A stretch of DNA of 64,000 bases from a virus (taxonomy: Duplodnaviria; Caudoviricetes). Below, piece by piece: positions 48,824 to 58,031 of the stretch (the first letter of the stretch is position 1; each line of letters begins with the position of its first letter). The notes beneath the pieces are model-generated. The model did not search any database. It had not been told where the DNA came from and saw only the letters and a program-made list of their open reading frames with translations. Location of the stretch: positions 18,552-82,551 of the IMG/VR virus record IMGVR_UViG_3300032283_000554; one strand, given 5' to 3'. Position numbers and translations under genes: made by a program.

Positions 48824-49558
48824 ATGCCAAATTGGGTATTTAATGGATTAACTATAGAAGGTAATCCTGAGCAAGTAAAATCTCTAATTACACAAATGAA
48901 TAAGCCATTCATCTATTCTATCACTGCAGTAGGTGATTTAGCATATGATGTTAAGCAAACTAAGTTTATTAATCCTATCTTTGCTTTTCATAATATCTAT
49001 AACTATAGAGATGCTGGTATTACTGATGAGGTATATCATGGACAACCTCCTCGTTCCACCGATTTTTCTGAGGCAATGAAGTTTGAGACCAATGACTGGT
49101 ATAACTTTAATGTCCGTGAGTGGGGAACAAAATGGGATGTTGCTGTAGCAGAAGACAATATTTATCCTGACACAACTATTGAAGAAGCCGAGAACGGTGA
49201 GAACTATGTAGTCCATTACAACTTTAACACTGCATGGTCACGACCTCTTGGTGCTATCTCTAAATTATCTGCACAATACCCAACACTACTATTTACTTTA
49301 TCATATGAAGAAGAAACAGGCTGGGGTGGAGAAATGGAATTCCTCCGTGGAGAAGTTATATCAGAATCAGAATACGATAACATGTGCCGTGATTGTGATG
49401 CAACTGACCAAATGGAATACTGCGACAATGATTGCGGTGAAATCTGTAGCAACTGCAACTGGCTTGGCGAGGCAGACCTAGAGGCTGTCGCAATTTGTCA
49501 GACCCATAAGATATACTTAGACACTAAAGTACCCGAATACAGAAAGGCGGAAGCATAA
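48824..49558 (+). CDS. DUF1281/YubB ferredoxin-like domain protein
   Basis: MPNWVFN...DWYNFNVREWGTKWD...FNTAWSRP...YEEETG. Confidence 0.75.
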   Translation: MPNWVFNGLTIEGNPEQVKSLITQMNKPFIYSITAVGDLAYDVKQTKFINPIFAFHNIYNYRDAGITDEVYHGQPPRSTDFSEAMKFETNDWYNFNVREWGTKWDVAVAEDNIYPDTTIEEAENGENYVVHYNFNTAWSRPLGAISKLSAQYPTLLFTLSYEEETGWGGEMEFLRGEVISESEYDNMCRDCDATDQMEYCDNDCGEICSNCNWLGEADLEAVAICQTHKIYLDTKVPEYRKAEA

Positions 49559-49770
49559 TGGAAGCATTTACAGATACAGTAGGAGAACATATCCTTGGAG
49601 CAATTCAAGTAGATATTGAGCAAGCATTATTTGAAGATTGGAATAATGCTAACTTAGATGAGGGAGAAGCATTTGCTGAATATCGTTTCATGCAATTTGC
49701 TCCTGATAACTTAAAACAATCATACAATGAATACTATGGATATATTGAGGGAGATGAGTTCTGCTTATGA
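49558..49770 (+). CDS. Small acidic protein
   Basis: ORF track; coupled start. Confidence 0.6.
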   Translation: MEAFTDTVGEHILGAIQVDIEQALFEDWNNANLDEGEAFAEYRFMQFAPDNLKQSYNEYYGYIEGDEFCL

Positions 49771-50045
49771 TGCTAGGATATGATAAAAAGGATTTAGATA
49801 CTATGATTAACTCAGTACATGATGCTAAGTTATTCTATCTTCGATCACCGTCCGATTTAATGGACAAGACAGAACTTAGAACTAATTTGGAGATGACAGT
49901 TAGTTTTCTCCAGGGATTATGGGCAGAAGGGTATTTTGACTAATGCATAATCATTATTGGGAATGTGATGACATTCCAGGATACTTTTATTGTGTTTGCG
50001 GAGTTACCGCAATACATAATAGAGAAACGGGAAAGAAGGATATTC

Positions 50046-50252
50046 ATGACTAAGTCATCACACTTCCTGGAATATATGAAGATACATAAGATTAGTTTAG
50101 AACAAGATTTAGAGGATGCTAGAAATAACATCCCTATATCTGAAGATGAATACTTTGAATCAGATAGTTATTACATGGGTGCCATTGATACTATGGAACA
50201 TATTTTGTCAGTGGCCTCTGATATAATGATTGACAACGAAAGGGTATATTAA
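50046..50252 (+). CDS. Small acidic protein
   Basis: AAGGA RBS before the ATG at 50046. Confidence 0.55.
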   Translation: MTKSSHFLEYMKIHKISLEQDLEDARNNIPISEDEYFESDSYYMGAIDTMEHILSVASDIMIDNERVY

Positions 50253-50382
50253 TGACACTGGATAATGTATTAGATAAGATTGAGTCTATTATAGATAGCA
50301 CTCATTCTGTTGTTTCCCCGCTCCAAATGGAGCATTGCAAGTATTGTACAACTTGGCTAACTCTTACAGAATTGGTGGCATA

Positions 50383-50652
50383 ATGAATTCAGAAGACATC
50401 GGGCTCCCGCCCCATTTGCAACGCTTGGTCAATGCAGGTGTTAGTGGATTAGATATAATGCACGGTGAACTAAAGAATCTAATGTTAATTGCTGAGCAAG
50501 ACCTAGCAAGCGCACTAGAGCAGGAGGAGTTGTCTGAAGAGGCAATGGATTCTATGGTCCGAACAGAATGTGAAGGGCGCCTAGATATGCTAGTAGAACT
50601 ATATAATTTAACATACCAACTATCATTTGCAATTGGAGAACGCACACTATGA
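50383..50652 (+). CDS. Hypothetical protein
   Basis: MNSEDIGLPPHLQRLV... Confidence 0.6.
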   Translation: MNSEDIGLPPHLQRLVNAGVSGLDIMHGELKNLMLIAEQDLASALEQEELSEEAMDSMVRTECEGRLDMLVELYNLTYQLSFAIGERTL

Positions 50653-50963
50653 AACCTGAAGATAAAGATAAACTAAACAAGTGTCTAGAGATTCTAGATG
50701 ATACAGACTTAGGCCTATCATTAGTTTGGCTATGGACATGGTCAACAATTAATAACATCCTAGAGGATGACACATATGTTGCCAAGGTAACCCAAGATGA
50801 CATGTGGAACCACATGTGTGAGGCTGTGGAGGCTGGTATGGGCTTCTCCTTGGAGTGGGGCGCCGAGCAACATCAGGAAGAAGTTTTAGATTGGATGATG
50901 AGCAGGGACTACATCGTAGACCCTGAAGATGAAGAGGAGGAGGACGAAGATGAAGATGAGTGA
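50649..50963 (+). CDS. Acidic hypothetical protein
   Basis: C-terminal DPEDEEEEDEDEDE. Confidence 0.65.
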   Translation: MKPEDKDKLNKCLEILDDTDLGLSLVWLWTWSTINNILEDDTYVAKVTQDDMWNHMCEAVEAGMGFSLEWGAEQHQEEVLDWMMSRDYIVDPEDEEEEDEDEDE

Positions 50964-51089
50964 TAAGTATCTAAACGATCAACTTAGTACAGCCCAAAAG
51001 CTTTTGTGGGGTGGGTCCGAAACAGAAAACATTGAGGCACACAACATCATTGCTAAATTAATTAAGGATAAGATAGAACAGGTGGAACT

Positions 51090-51272
51090 ATGAGCAAAGA
51101 ATTTAAAGTCTATGGAGACATTATTCAAGACTACTACATTATTGTAGAAGCCAAAGATAGTGATGAGGCATGGTACAAAGCAGTAGCCACACCTAAAAAG
51201 GAATGGAAAAAGAATACCCCTCGCAAGGACAAGATAGAACCTTATCAAGTAGAAGAACTAACAACTGAATAA
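51090..51272 (+). CDS. Small hypothetical protein
   Basis: AGGTGG RBS; ORF track. Confidence 0.55.
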   Translation: MSKEFKVYGDIIQDYYIIVEAKDSDEAWYKAVATPKKEWKKNTPRKDKIEPYQVEELTTE

Positions 51273-51419
51273 AGATAGGTTGGGCCGTTATGGACAATTC
51301 GGACATAACGGTCATAATCTAAGGGCACGGGCAAAAATTTTGCTTTACGGCACCTATTTACAAATCGCCGAAATTCGGATATAATATATATAACAACTGA
51401 TCTAGAAAGGATCAAACAA

Positions 51420-51572
51420 ATGACATCAACACCAACAACAACTCGTGAATACCTAAAGACCCAGGGAATTTCTGTGGGCAAGCGTGGCCGCTTCTCAGCT
51501 GCAGCTCTAGGCGTTATCAGCAAAGCTGTGCAAGAGGGCGTAGTCTTCTCAGACAAGAAGAACGCTAAGTAA
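51420..51572 (+). CDS. Lsr2 DNA-binding-domain-like protein (50 aa)
   Basis: Read manually: MTSTPTTTREYLKTQGISVGKRGRFSAAAL..., matching the Lsr2 C-terminal R-x-W/Y...G..V..RGR AT-hook pattern; AGAAAGGA RBS. Confidence 0.65.
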   Translation: MTSTPTTTREYLKTQGISVGKRGRFSAAALGVISKAVQEGVVFSDKKNAK

Positions 51573-51685
51573 CAAACTAAGTGTGGGGATCCTCCTCTCT
51601 GTGGGAAACGGGAAAGGGGAGGGTCCTCGCTTCATTTACAAATGTCAGTGGTCAATGGTATAATCAAAACGAAAGGCGGAACTCA

Positions 51686-52069
51686 ATGGCTAAAGCGAAC
51701 GAATTCAAAGCAGCAGAAAAACTAACAGACTATCTAAATAATGCTAACTTCTCACCTGCCGTAATGGCAAATGTATTAACAACTGAACATACCTTGTATA
51801 CCCAAGATAGGCTAATGGAACTAGTTAAATATATTATCCATTATAATGCTCTTAGATTTAATACAGAATGGGAAAAAGGACAAACATCCGAAGGATTAAT
51901 GCTAGCAGATGCTCTCAACGGAATGCTAGAGGCAAAGTATGGACTAAGCGAATCAGTCCAGGAACACATCAATCAATCACCTGAATTAAATAAGGGCGGG
52001 TACAAGAACTCTTGGGTTCATGATTATGATACTAGTAATAGAGTAGTAATAGATCATCCATTCATCTAA
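51686..52069 (+). CDS. Hypothetical protein
   Basis: Promoter at 51643 and AACGAAAGG RBS indicate a start at 51686. Confidence 0.65.
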   Translation: MAKANEFKAAEKLTDYLNNANFSPAVMANVLTTEHTLYTQDRLMELVKYIIHYNALRFNTEWEKGQTSEGLMLADALNGMLEAKYGLSESVQEHINQSPELNKGGYKNSWVHDYDTSNRVVIDHPFI

Positions 52070-52568
52070 GATAACTTCCCCTATGGGGCATATGGCTTTA
52101 ATTAGCTATATGTCCCATTTTTTATGCCCATCTTATGGGCCAAATTTTCTCTTTACGATCACATATAAAAAACCCCTGGAAATGTATAATAAATCTAATA
52201 TAATCTGTCAAAATGTGCATAGAATATCTCATTATATGAGACAAATAATGCAGAATCTGACAGAATTTTTTGCCATAAATATGGGCCAAAATTGCTCTTT
52301 ACGAAGCAAATATAAATTTCCTGGAATTTTTATATGAAAGCTATTGACAAATATTGGCCAATATGCTTTATATGGGCCCTATTGACATTACGATGCCCAT
52401 CTGATATCGTGGCCCATTACAAGGGTATATTCAACTATATATAATGATAGTATTTGGACATAAATTGATAGTATGATTCTCCACTTTACTCCACAATACT
52501 CCACTAAATAAGCCTCTAGGAGGCTGATACAAGGGAGATTAAAGGGAGGGGGATAGAATAGTTAGGGC

Positions 52569-52868
52569 TTACTTTGGAAAATATGCTGTATTGCCTCTTA
52601 TGTTACTGTTGTAGTGAGAGGCTGAATTGGCATTAGATTTCCATTGCTTTAATACCGTATATGGCATTTCATATTCATATGGACCAGGATATGGTTGAGG
52701 AGCTCTCATTATAACCTTATATATACCATTGTCTTTATCTATTAAGGTAGCCTTTATTTCAGCTTTCCCGCCTGGAAATGGATCTTTACCTTCTCCACTA
52801 AAAGTTCCATCCCATGACCCTTTACTTGCAGACATGGTAAACGATATATTATCTGGAAAACTTATCAT
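52569..52868 (-). CDS. Hypothetical protein, possibly KTSC-like C-terminus
   Basis: YEYEMPYTVLKQW..NANSASHYNSNIRG; leaderless start. Confidence 0.5.
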   Translation of the reverse strand: MISFPDNISFTMSASKGSWDGTFSGEGKDPFPGGKAEIKATLIDKDNGIYKVIMRAPQPYPGPYEYEMPYTVLKQWKSNANSASHYNSNIRGNTAYFPK

Positions 52869-53024
52869 ACGTCTATTCTACCATTATCTTGCTGAGCATG
52901 TAAGGCATATGAATGGGTCATCATCTTGCTTGATATATAGTTGCTTACATTGAGTACATGCTACCTTATATGGCTCATAGCCCTTGACATACTTCTCATA
53001 GGATGATTGAAACTTATCCATAAT

Positions 53025-53225
53025 CTATCGTAATACCTTACAATTTAGACAGTAATATGGGTTACGCATATCATCCATATTGATGACTATTGTCTGAGCA
53101 CATTTATGACAAGTAGCCTGCATGAGGTTATGCTCTTCTAGATCGTATATTGAGACCCGTAGAGTCTTTGTGTAATATACCTTAGTTGCATACCATGTGA
53201 TTAGTATAGCTAGTATTGTTATCAT
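53025..53225 (-). CDS. Membrane-anchored zinc-ribbon protein
   Basis: N-terminal TM segment; CHKC...CLNC. Confidence 0.55.
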   Translation of the reverse strand: MITILAILITWYATKVYYTKTLRVSIYDLEEHNLMQATCHKCAQTIVINMDDMRNPYYCLNCKVLR

Positions 53226-53467
53226 TTCTTGATCTTCCCCCCGTGAATTTCGTTTACTGGCTCTTTTGACCAGTGTATATAAGATCTAATATAAACTATT
53301 GCATAGGCAATAGCTGCAAAGATAAATCCGTACTGCTCAGTAGTAATAGCATAGATCATCCATAGGCACTCATTAAATAACAATAAGAACCATGCCCATA
53401 TTGATTTACGCCCTACAAAATATATGCCTGTGACACCGATTGCTGCCAATACATATGACCACATCAT
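53222..53467 (-). CDS. PnuC-like small membrane protein
   Basis: Three hydrophobic helices; WAW...NECLW.IYA...QYGF. Confidence 0.55.
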   Translation of the reverse strand: MMWSYVLAAIGVTGIYFVGRKSIWAWFLLLFNECLWMIYAITTEQYGFIFAAIAYAIVYIRSYIHWSKEPVNEIHGGKIKK

Positions 53468-53700
53468 CTGTCACCCCGTTCTTTATCCCAGTATGGGACT
53501 CCGTTTTCATCAAAGTCAGAACCTAATCTGCTAAGCAATTCCTGAGTATATGGATCTATTTTCCATGCCTCTAGCATCAGTTGCATTTCATCATCCATCG
53601 CACCACAATTAGAGCATGTAACCTGACCATCAAGGTCTAGTTGAAAGTCATGCCCATATTTAGTGCATATGCCATCGCTCATCAGTATCCCCCAAGACAT
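53464..53700 (-). CDS. Small Cys/His protein
   Basis: C...GH...CSNCG. Confidence 0.5.
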   Translation of the reverse strand: MSWGILMSDGICTKYGHDFQLDLDGQVTCSNCGAMDDEMQLMLEAWKIDPYTQELLSRLGSDFDENGVPYWDKERGDR

Positions 53701-53891
53701 TCATTACGAGTATGATATAACCTGATCTTAGTCAATATCTTCTTAGTTGGAGCGTTTAATGGCTCTTCGCATGCACCGCATGCCATATCCCATTCACCGC
53801 TAAAGAAGTCATATTTAGCTCCCTTAAAGTTGGCATACTTGTGTGCCACAAATACAGCAAATGGGTCAGGTATCTCTAGGCTCTGTAACAT
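53682..53891 (-). CDS. Small zinc-finger-like protein
   Basis: CGAC...H....C; leaderless start. Confidence 0.55.
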   Translation of the reverse strand: MLQSLEIPDPFAVFVAHKYANFKGAKYDFFSGEWDMACGACEEPLNAPTKKILTKIRLYHTRNECLGGY

Positions 53892-54293
53892 ATATTTATT
53901 ATAGCATTTATGTCAGGTACTGACAAGGGGTCTCTACTTTTCGACTTCACTTTCGGTCAATATGTATTAAATTAGATCCTTAATAAACTGTACTAATTCA
54001 TCACAATCACATCTATCTAATCCATGATGATTAGTCCATTCCTTCTCAAAGGAGGATCCGTCATCATGTCGTTGTTGTACCTTTTGTGCTATTTCAATAA
54101 TTATTTCATCTCTAGATAAAGGTATTATGAGCTTAACCCTTTAAATGAATGGCATTCACATACGCCTACTACATCATATCTACATGTATCTACTTCTGCT
54201 AAATCATTATACTTAGCTGCTTTTGAACAGTAGTGACATTTCTCTGGCTCTTCCGCCTCCAGATAGGCTTCAAAGTTATCTAGGATACCCACA

Positions 54294-54491
54294 CTACTTA
54301 TTCCTTGGTACGAGGCTCTGTGGACCTTCTGTGCCGAATAAAGACTTCTTTACTGGTACGCAGTTAGGTACTTGCTTACCGCCTTTATCCTTCATCCCAA
54401 CCTGCTTGTATCCGCTCCAGCAAGCCTTTTGAATGTTGTCCCATTTGTCTAGTGTCTCATCATCTGAGAAGTATTCTGATATATTGTCCAT
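54294..54491 (-). CDS. Small protein with CW.GY...VPNCVP motif
   Basis: ACWSGYKQVGMKDKGGKQVPNCVP. Confidence 0.6.
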   Translation of the reverse strand: MDNISEYFSDDETLDKWDNIQKACWSGYKQVGMKDKGGKQVPNCVPVKKSLFGTEGPQSLVPRNK

Positions 54492-54564
54492 ATTGCTATT
54501 ATATCATTTATCTTAATTTTTGTCTAGGTTGATTTAATCAGATAGCCCTAGTATTATTAGACCT

Positions 54565-55101
54565 ATGAAATACACTTTAGTTGAAAATTTCCTTAGCAAT
54601 GATCAGTCAGATTACTTATATGATTATGCAGTTGAAAACTGTACAGATGAAACTAGGCCACATTACGGGTCCTATCCGATTGGGGGACCTGACCTGCTAA
54701 ATGGTGATGCTCATCTAGACTTTGATGCATCTAAGGTGCTTGAAGCAATAGATTTTGGATTTAAACACTTCAAGGATAACTACGAGATAATGGGTGATTT
54801 TGTTTTAGATAGAGTTCATTTTAACATGATGAATAAAGGTGCAATACTTAAAGTTCATGCAGATGATGAAATTGGATATATGCAGCAAGAAAATGAGAGA
54901 CAGCGTAGGTATGTAATAAGTTTATTCTTAAATGATGATTATGCTGGTGGAGAATTTAACTTTGAAGATGGTAAGGATCTCTTAATCCCGCCAAAAGGAA
55001 GCTTAGTTTTGTTTCCAGGATGGTCTCTTAGACATGGTGTGGATGAAGTATTAGATGGATCTAGAGTTAATATACTAATTGTTTATCACGATATATTTTA
55101 G
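54565..55101 (+). CDS. 2OG-Fe(II) oxygenase
   Basis: HAD...FLNDDYAGGEF...HGV...R. Confidence 0.85.
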   Translation: MKYTLVENFLSNDQSDYLYDYAVENCTDETRPHYGSYPIGGPDLLNGDAHLDFDASKVLEAIDFGFKHFKDNYEIMGDFVLDRVHFNMMNKGAILKVHADDEIGYMQQENERQRRYVISLFLNDDYAGGEFNFEDGKDLLIPPKGSLVLFPGWSLRHGVDEVLDGSRVNILIVYHDIF

Positions 55102-55123
55102 TCACGTAGTGACTGAATCATCT

Positions 55124-55927
55124 CTACTTTTCGACTTCACTTTTTCGAATGTTATATTCAGTAATAGCAGGTAGTATATTATCATATTCTTGACCTACAA
55201 AGTCAGCTTCTTGGAATAGCATTCCATATATTCCACGCTTTTCTGCGGTGTCCAAGAACTCAAAGAACTCATCTTTTGTAAAAAAGTCTAAATCCATACA
55301 TGCACCCTCTGCTGGATGCCTACATTCATTGTCATTGTCGCATTCATATCTATGATGAGTCTGATCTTCAGTAATGATTGGTGCTATTGATATAATAACC
55401 TTTTGGTCTTCAGTATCAAATCGGTTTGCCTTATACCAAACATAAGGTATTATCATTCCAAAGCCATTCTGAGCGCAGCTATTAAAAACCGTATTATTTG
55501 TTGTTGACACAACAAATTCATTCTTACTCACTTTTTTAAAATCTTTTGCGTACTCTAACATATAATTAGATCTATCTATACTAGAAGAGCTATCGTTAGG
55601 TTCTGTAAGTATTCCGCCGTAAGCTTTTTCGTGTTTATTTATATACCCAGTTAAAAGGTTTATGCACAAAACATCCCTGGATATTTTAGATATAGATGAG
55701 CATATCATAGATAAGTATTGAGCTGATATGGTGTAAGGCCTGATAGCAATAATAAACTTAAACTTACTTTTTGGGTCAATTATTCTAGATATTCTAGTAA
55801 AGTAATCACCCATTGTATTTCCAAAAGGGTACATGACTCCATCTAAACCAGCCTTTTTTAATTCATTGACTCTGCGCTCGAGGGATGCGTTTGTCTGATC
55901 ATCTCTTTCAAACCAATACATTTTCAT
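55124..55927 (-). CDS. Luciferase-like (LLM) flavin monooxygenase-fold protein
   Basis: KFIIAIRPYTISAQYL...INLLTG. Confidence 0.6.
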   Translation of the reverse strand: MKMYWFERDDQTNASLERRVNELKKAGLDGVMYPFGNTMGDYFTRISRIIDPKSKFKFIIAIRPYTISAQYLSMICSSISKISRDVLCINLLTGYINKHEKAYGGILTEPNDSSSSIDRSNYMLEYAKDFKKVSKNEFVVSTTNNTVFNSCAQNGFGMIIPYVWYKANRFDTEDQKVIISIAPIITEDQTHHRYECDNDNECRHPAEGACMDLDFFTKDEFFEFLDTAEKRGIYGMLFQEADFVGQEYDNILPAITEYNIRKSEVEK

Positions 55928-56301
55928 GTTAGACTAACTCCAATTTTGTTTTCTTTTGATACCTGCTCTAAGAATATTTTAGCCGAAACAGACAGCTCTT
56001 CGTAGGTCATAACTGTACGCTTATGATCTTTATCTTTACCAAATAAGTTCTTTAATAGCTCTACTGGTGTAATAACTTTATCTTCTGGAATCCCTCCATG
56101 CTTATAAAGCATTTTAAGAAGTACTCCAGCAATAAATAAATCATCAGTAAATGCAGCCCATGGGAAAAGTATATCAAATGGGTCAATTGGAGTAGATAAC
56201 CAAATTACACAAAGTAAGGCAAGTACTTTGATGTGCCTAGGTGACCTATCAAATTGCGCCTTGTATGGAGTAAGAAGTATTTTTAGATTAGTGTATTTCA
56301 T
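55924..56301 (-). CDS. DUF1232/YkvA-like membrane protein
   Basis: WLSTPIDPFDILFPWAAFTDDL. Confidence 0.6.
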   Translation of the reverse strand: MKYTNLKILLTPYKAQFDRSPRHIKVLALLCVIWLSTPIDPFDILFPWAAFTDDLFIAGVLLKMLYKHGGIPEDKVITPVELLKNLFGKDKDHKRTVMTYEELSVSAKIFLEQVSKENKIGVSLT

Positions 56302-56439
56302 TTATCTATTGTACCATTTTCTATCTGATTTTCATGGTATTGCATATGAAAGTCTAGCAATTGATGAGTTGTTGCACAAAAACATATTGGGCAATATGTA
56401 ATCCATTGAGACTTATCTGACCATTGTTTAGGCATTAAG

Positions 56440-56510
56440 CTCCAGGTAAAGGAATCGGACCTTTATTATCGGTTTCGGAAACCGCTCTACGACCATTATA
56501 GGAACCTGAA
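56440..56510 (-). tRNA. tRNA-Arg(CCG), atypical
   Basis: TTCAGGT/ACCTGGA acceptor; cggt-TTCCGAA-accg anticodon arm; T-loop TCCGATT instead of TTCGA. Confidence 0.6.
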
Positions 56511-56513
56511 ATT

Positions 56514-56819
56514 CTAATTACTATCTGCCTTGCTTAACCATTGATCTTCCCATAAACCTATTAAAGATTTATTTCCAATGTCATCAAAATAGTAACGCTT
56601 GGCGTTACTATCATAGTTCCAACCATACCACATATCGCCTTCCATCCAGCTGCATGAGGCTATATCTGTTAAATCTGAATTAGTAAATACATCAGACAAA
56701 TGATCATACATGTGTACTTCTTCAAAGATGGCTTCTCTTAGAGATGTAAATCTAAATATACGATTAACTAACCAATCAATCATTATTCTTTGGATCCTTT
56801 TCCCATGTAAGCTTTCCAT
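56514..56819 (-). CDS. Hypothetical protein
   Basis: ORF track; true start probably MIDWLV. Confidence 0.5.
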   Translation of the reverse strand: MESLHGKRIQRIMIDWLVNRIFRFTSLREAIFEEVHMYDHLSDVFTNSDLTDIASCSWMEGDMWYGWNYDSNAKRYYFDDIGNKSLIGLWEDQWLSKADSN

Positions 56820-57034
56820 CTTTATATACTGGCCAATATCCTAATGGACGCCAGTCCATCTTCATAATCTTAGGCTCTTTCATACTGCCACCTGAATTGG
56901 AATCATTGCGGTGCATCTTTCGCAATACTGATAGGTTGATCCTGTATATGGGCATGAGCCTGCGGCTACAAGGGTGTGGCCCTTAATCCGACAAACTATT
57001 TTAGTTATGATCATAGTTCATTGTATAATATGAA

Positions 57035-57835
57035 CTAGATGTTGTCAATAGGCTTATTGCTATTAAAATTAATTAAAGCTTCTTCGAGAGCATGGTACGG
57101 CTCTCCCAAAGCTGAGGTTATTCCCGTTCCCGTATGCATAAATAAAAATATATATGTTTTATTTCCAGACAAAACTTCTTTGACCGAGTGAGAGGTTAAA
57201 CATGGTAAAAACACTACGCTGCCAGCTGAAGGCTTTATTGAGTACCCAAGGTCATCAAAAACAATCTCTCCACCTTCGTAGTTGTCGTTAAGATAAATAA
57301 GAGATGTCCAATCCATGGTATTTTTTGGATTTAGTATATTCCTATCTATGTGTGGACCCATATGTCCACCCGTTCTATACTTTCTAATACAATAGTTTCT
57401 AGTTATGTGATGTGGCAAATCGTTATTTGTTTTTTCTGACCAAATCTTTAAGGCTTTCATGTAGTCATCTTCTATCATCTTAATAGCTGGTAAAGATTCC
57501 TGATGGTCTATGCTAGACTTAGCATAATCTGAGATATCTTTTCTTGGCCAATACAAATTTCTTTCATTGTAAGAAAGGTCCCAGTCTAACAGCTTAGAAA
57601 CTCCTCTCAAAGAGTGCTCATCGTCTGGGAATATATGATCCCACTTTGTCATATCGTCTGGGTCTAAACTAACTGGGTAACCATCAATCCATGTACTCCA
57701 TGATGGGAACACTTTTAGAATTTCAGGGTTTTTATCGTTTGATTCTACAAATTCTAAAAATTCTTTTGCTTTGGTAAATGCATTTTCAATGTATATTACG
57801 CCACCAGGCATGTCGTGAATTATAGGAGTAGTCAT
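57035..57835 (-). CDS. 2OG-Fe(II) oxygenase
   Basis: HID...YLNDNYEGGEI...HSV...K. Confidence 0.85.
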   Translation of the reverse strand: MTTPIIHDMPGGVIYIENAFTKAKEFLEFVESNDKNPEILKVFPSWSTWIDGYPVSLDPDDMTKWDHIFPDDEHSLRGVSKLLDWDLSYNERNLYWPRKDISDYAKSSIDHQESLPAIKMIEDDYMKALKIWSEKTNNDLPHHITRNYCIRKYRTGGHMGPHIDRNILNPKNTMDWTSLIYLNDNYEGGEIVFDDLGYSIKPSAGSVVFLPCLTSHSVKEVLSGNKTYIFLFMHTGTGITSALGEPYHALEEALINFNSNKPIDNI

Positions 57836-57842
57836 ACAGTAA

Positions 57843-58031
57843 TTATAACACCTCTTTGTTTATTGTGTCTTTGATAACTGGGTCCATTCTATTCCAATGC
57901 CCATTTTCGCTACCCTGATAGACCTGACCAGTTTCTCTATCAATCAAAAGCCATTTTTCTGGGCACTTAGTCTTGACATGTAAATTGACAGATTTTAAAA
58001 TTGTTTTAAACTTAAATTGTTTCCGCAACAC
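57843..58031 (-). CDS. Hypothetical protein
   Basis: TKCPEKWLLIDRETGQVYQG. Confidence 0.55.
   Translation of the reverse strand: MLRKQFKFKTILKSVNLHVKTKCPEKWLLIDRETGQVYQGSENGHWNRMDPVIKDTINKEVL

Larger units (their letters stand above)
39074..51664 (+). promoter_or_regulatory. 14 copies of a TGTCAG-N10-TANNNT promoter (RecA-NDp/PafBC-like)
   Basis: Starts at 39074, 39328, 40324, 41476, 42819, 43850, 44422, 44681, 45641, 46896, 47076, 48775, 50206, 51643; all with a 10-nt spacer and upstream of plus-strand ORFs. Confidence 0.85.
40146..52326 (+). repeat. Dispersed intergenic cassette repeat with conserved GGG-N12/13-TTACG-N16-CCCWGGA skeleton
   Basis: TTACG at 40204, 41354, 42758, 43766, 45556, 46856, 48681, 52153, 52299, each followed exactly 16 nt later by CCC[A/T]GGA. 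Confidence 0.9.
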
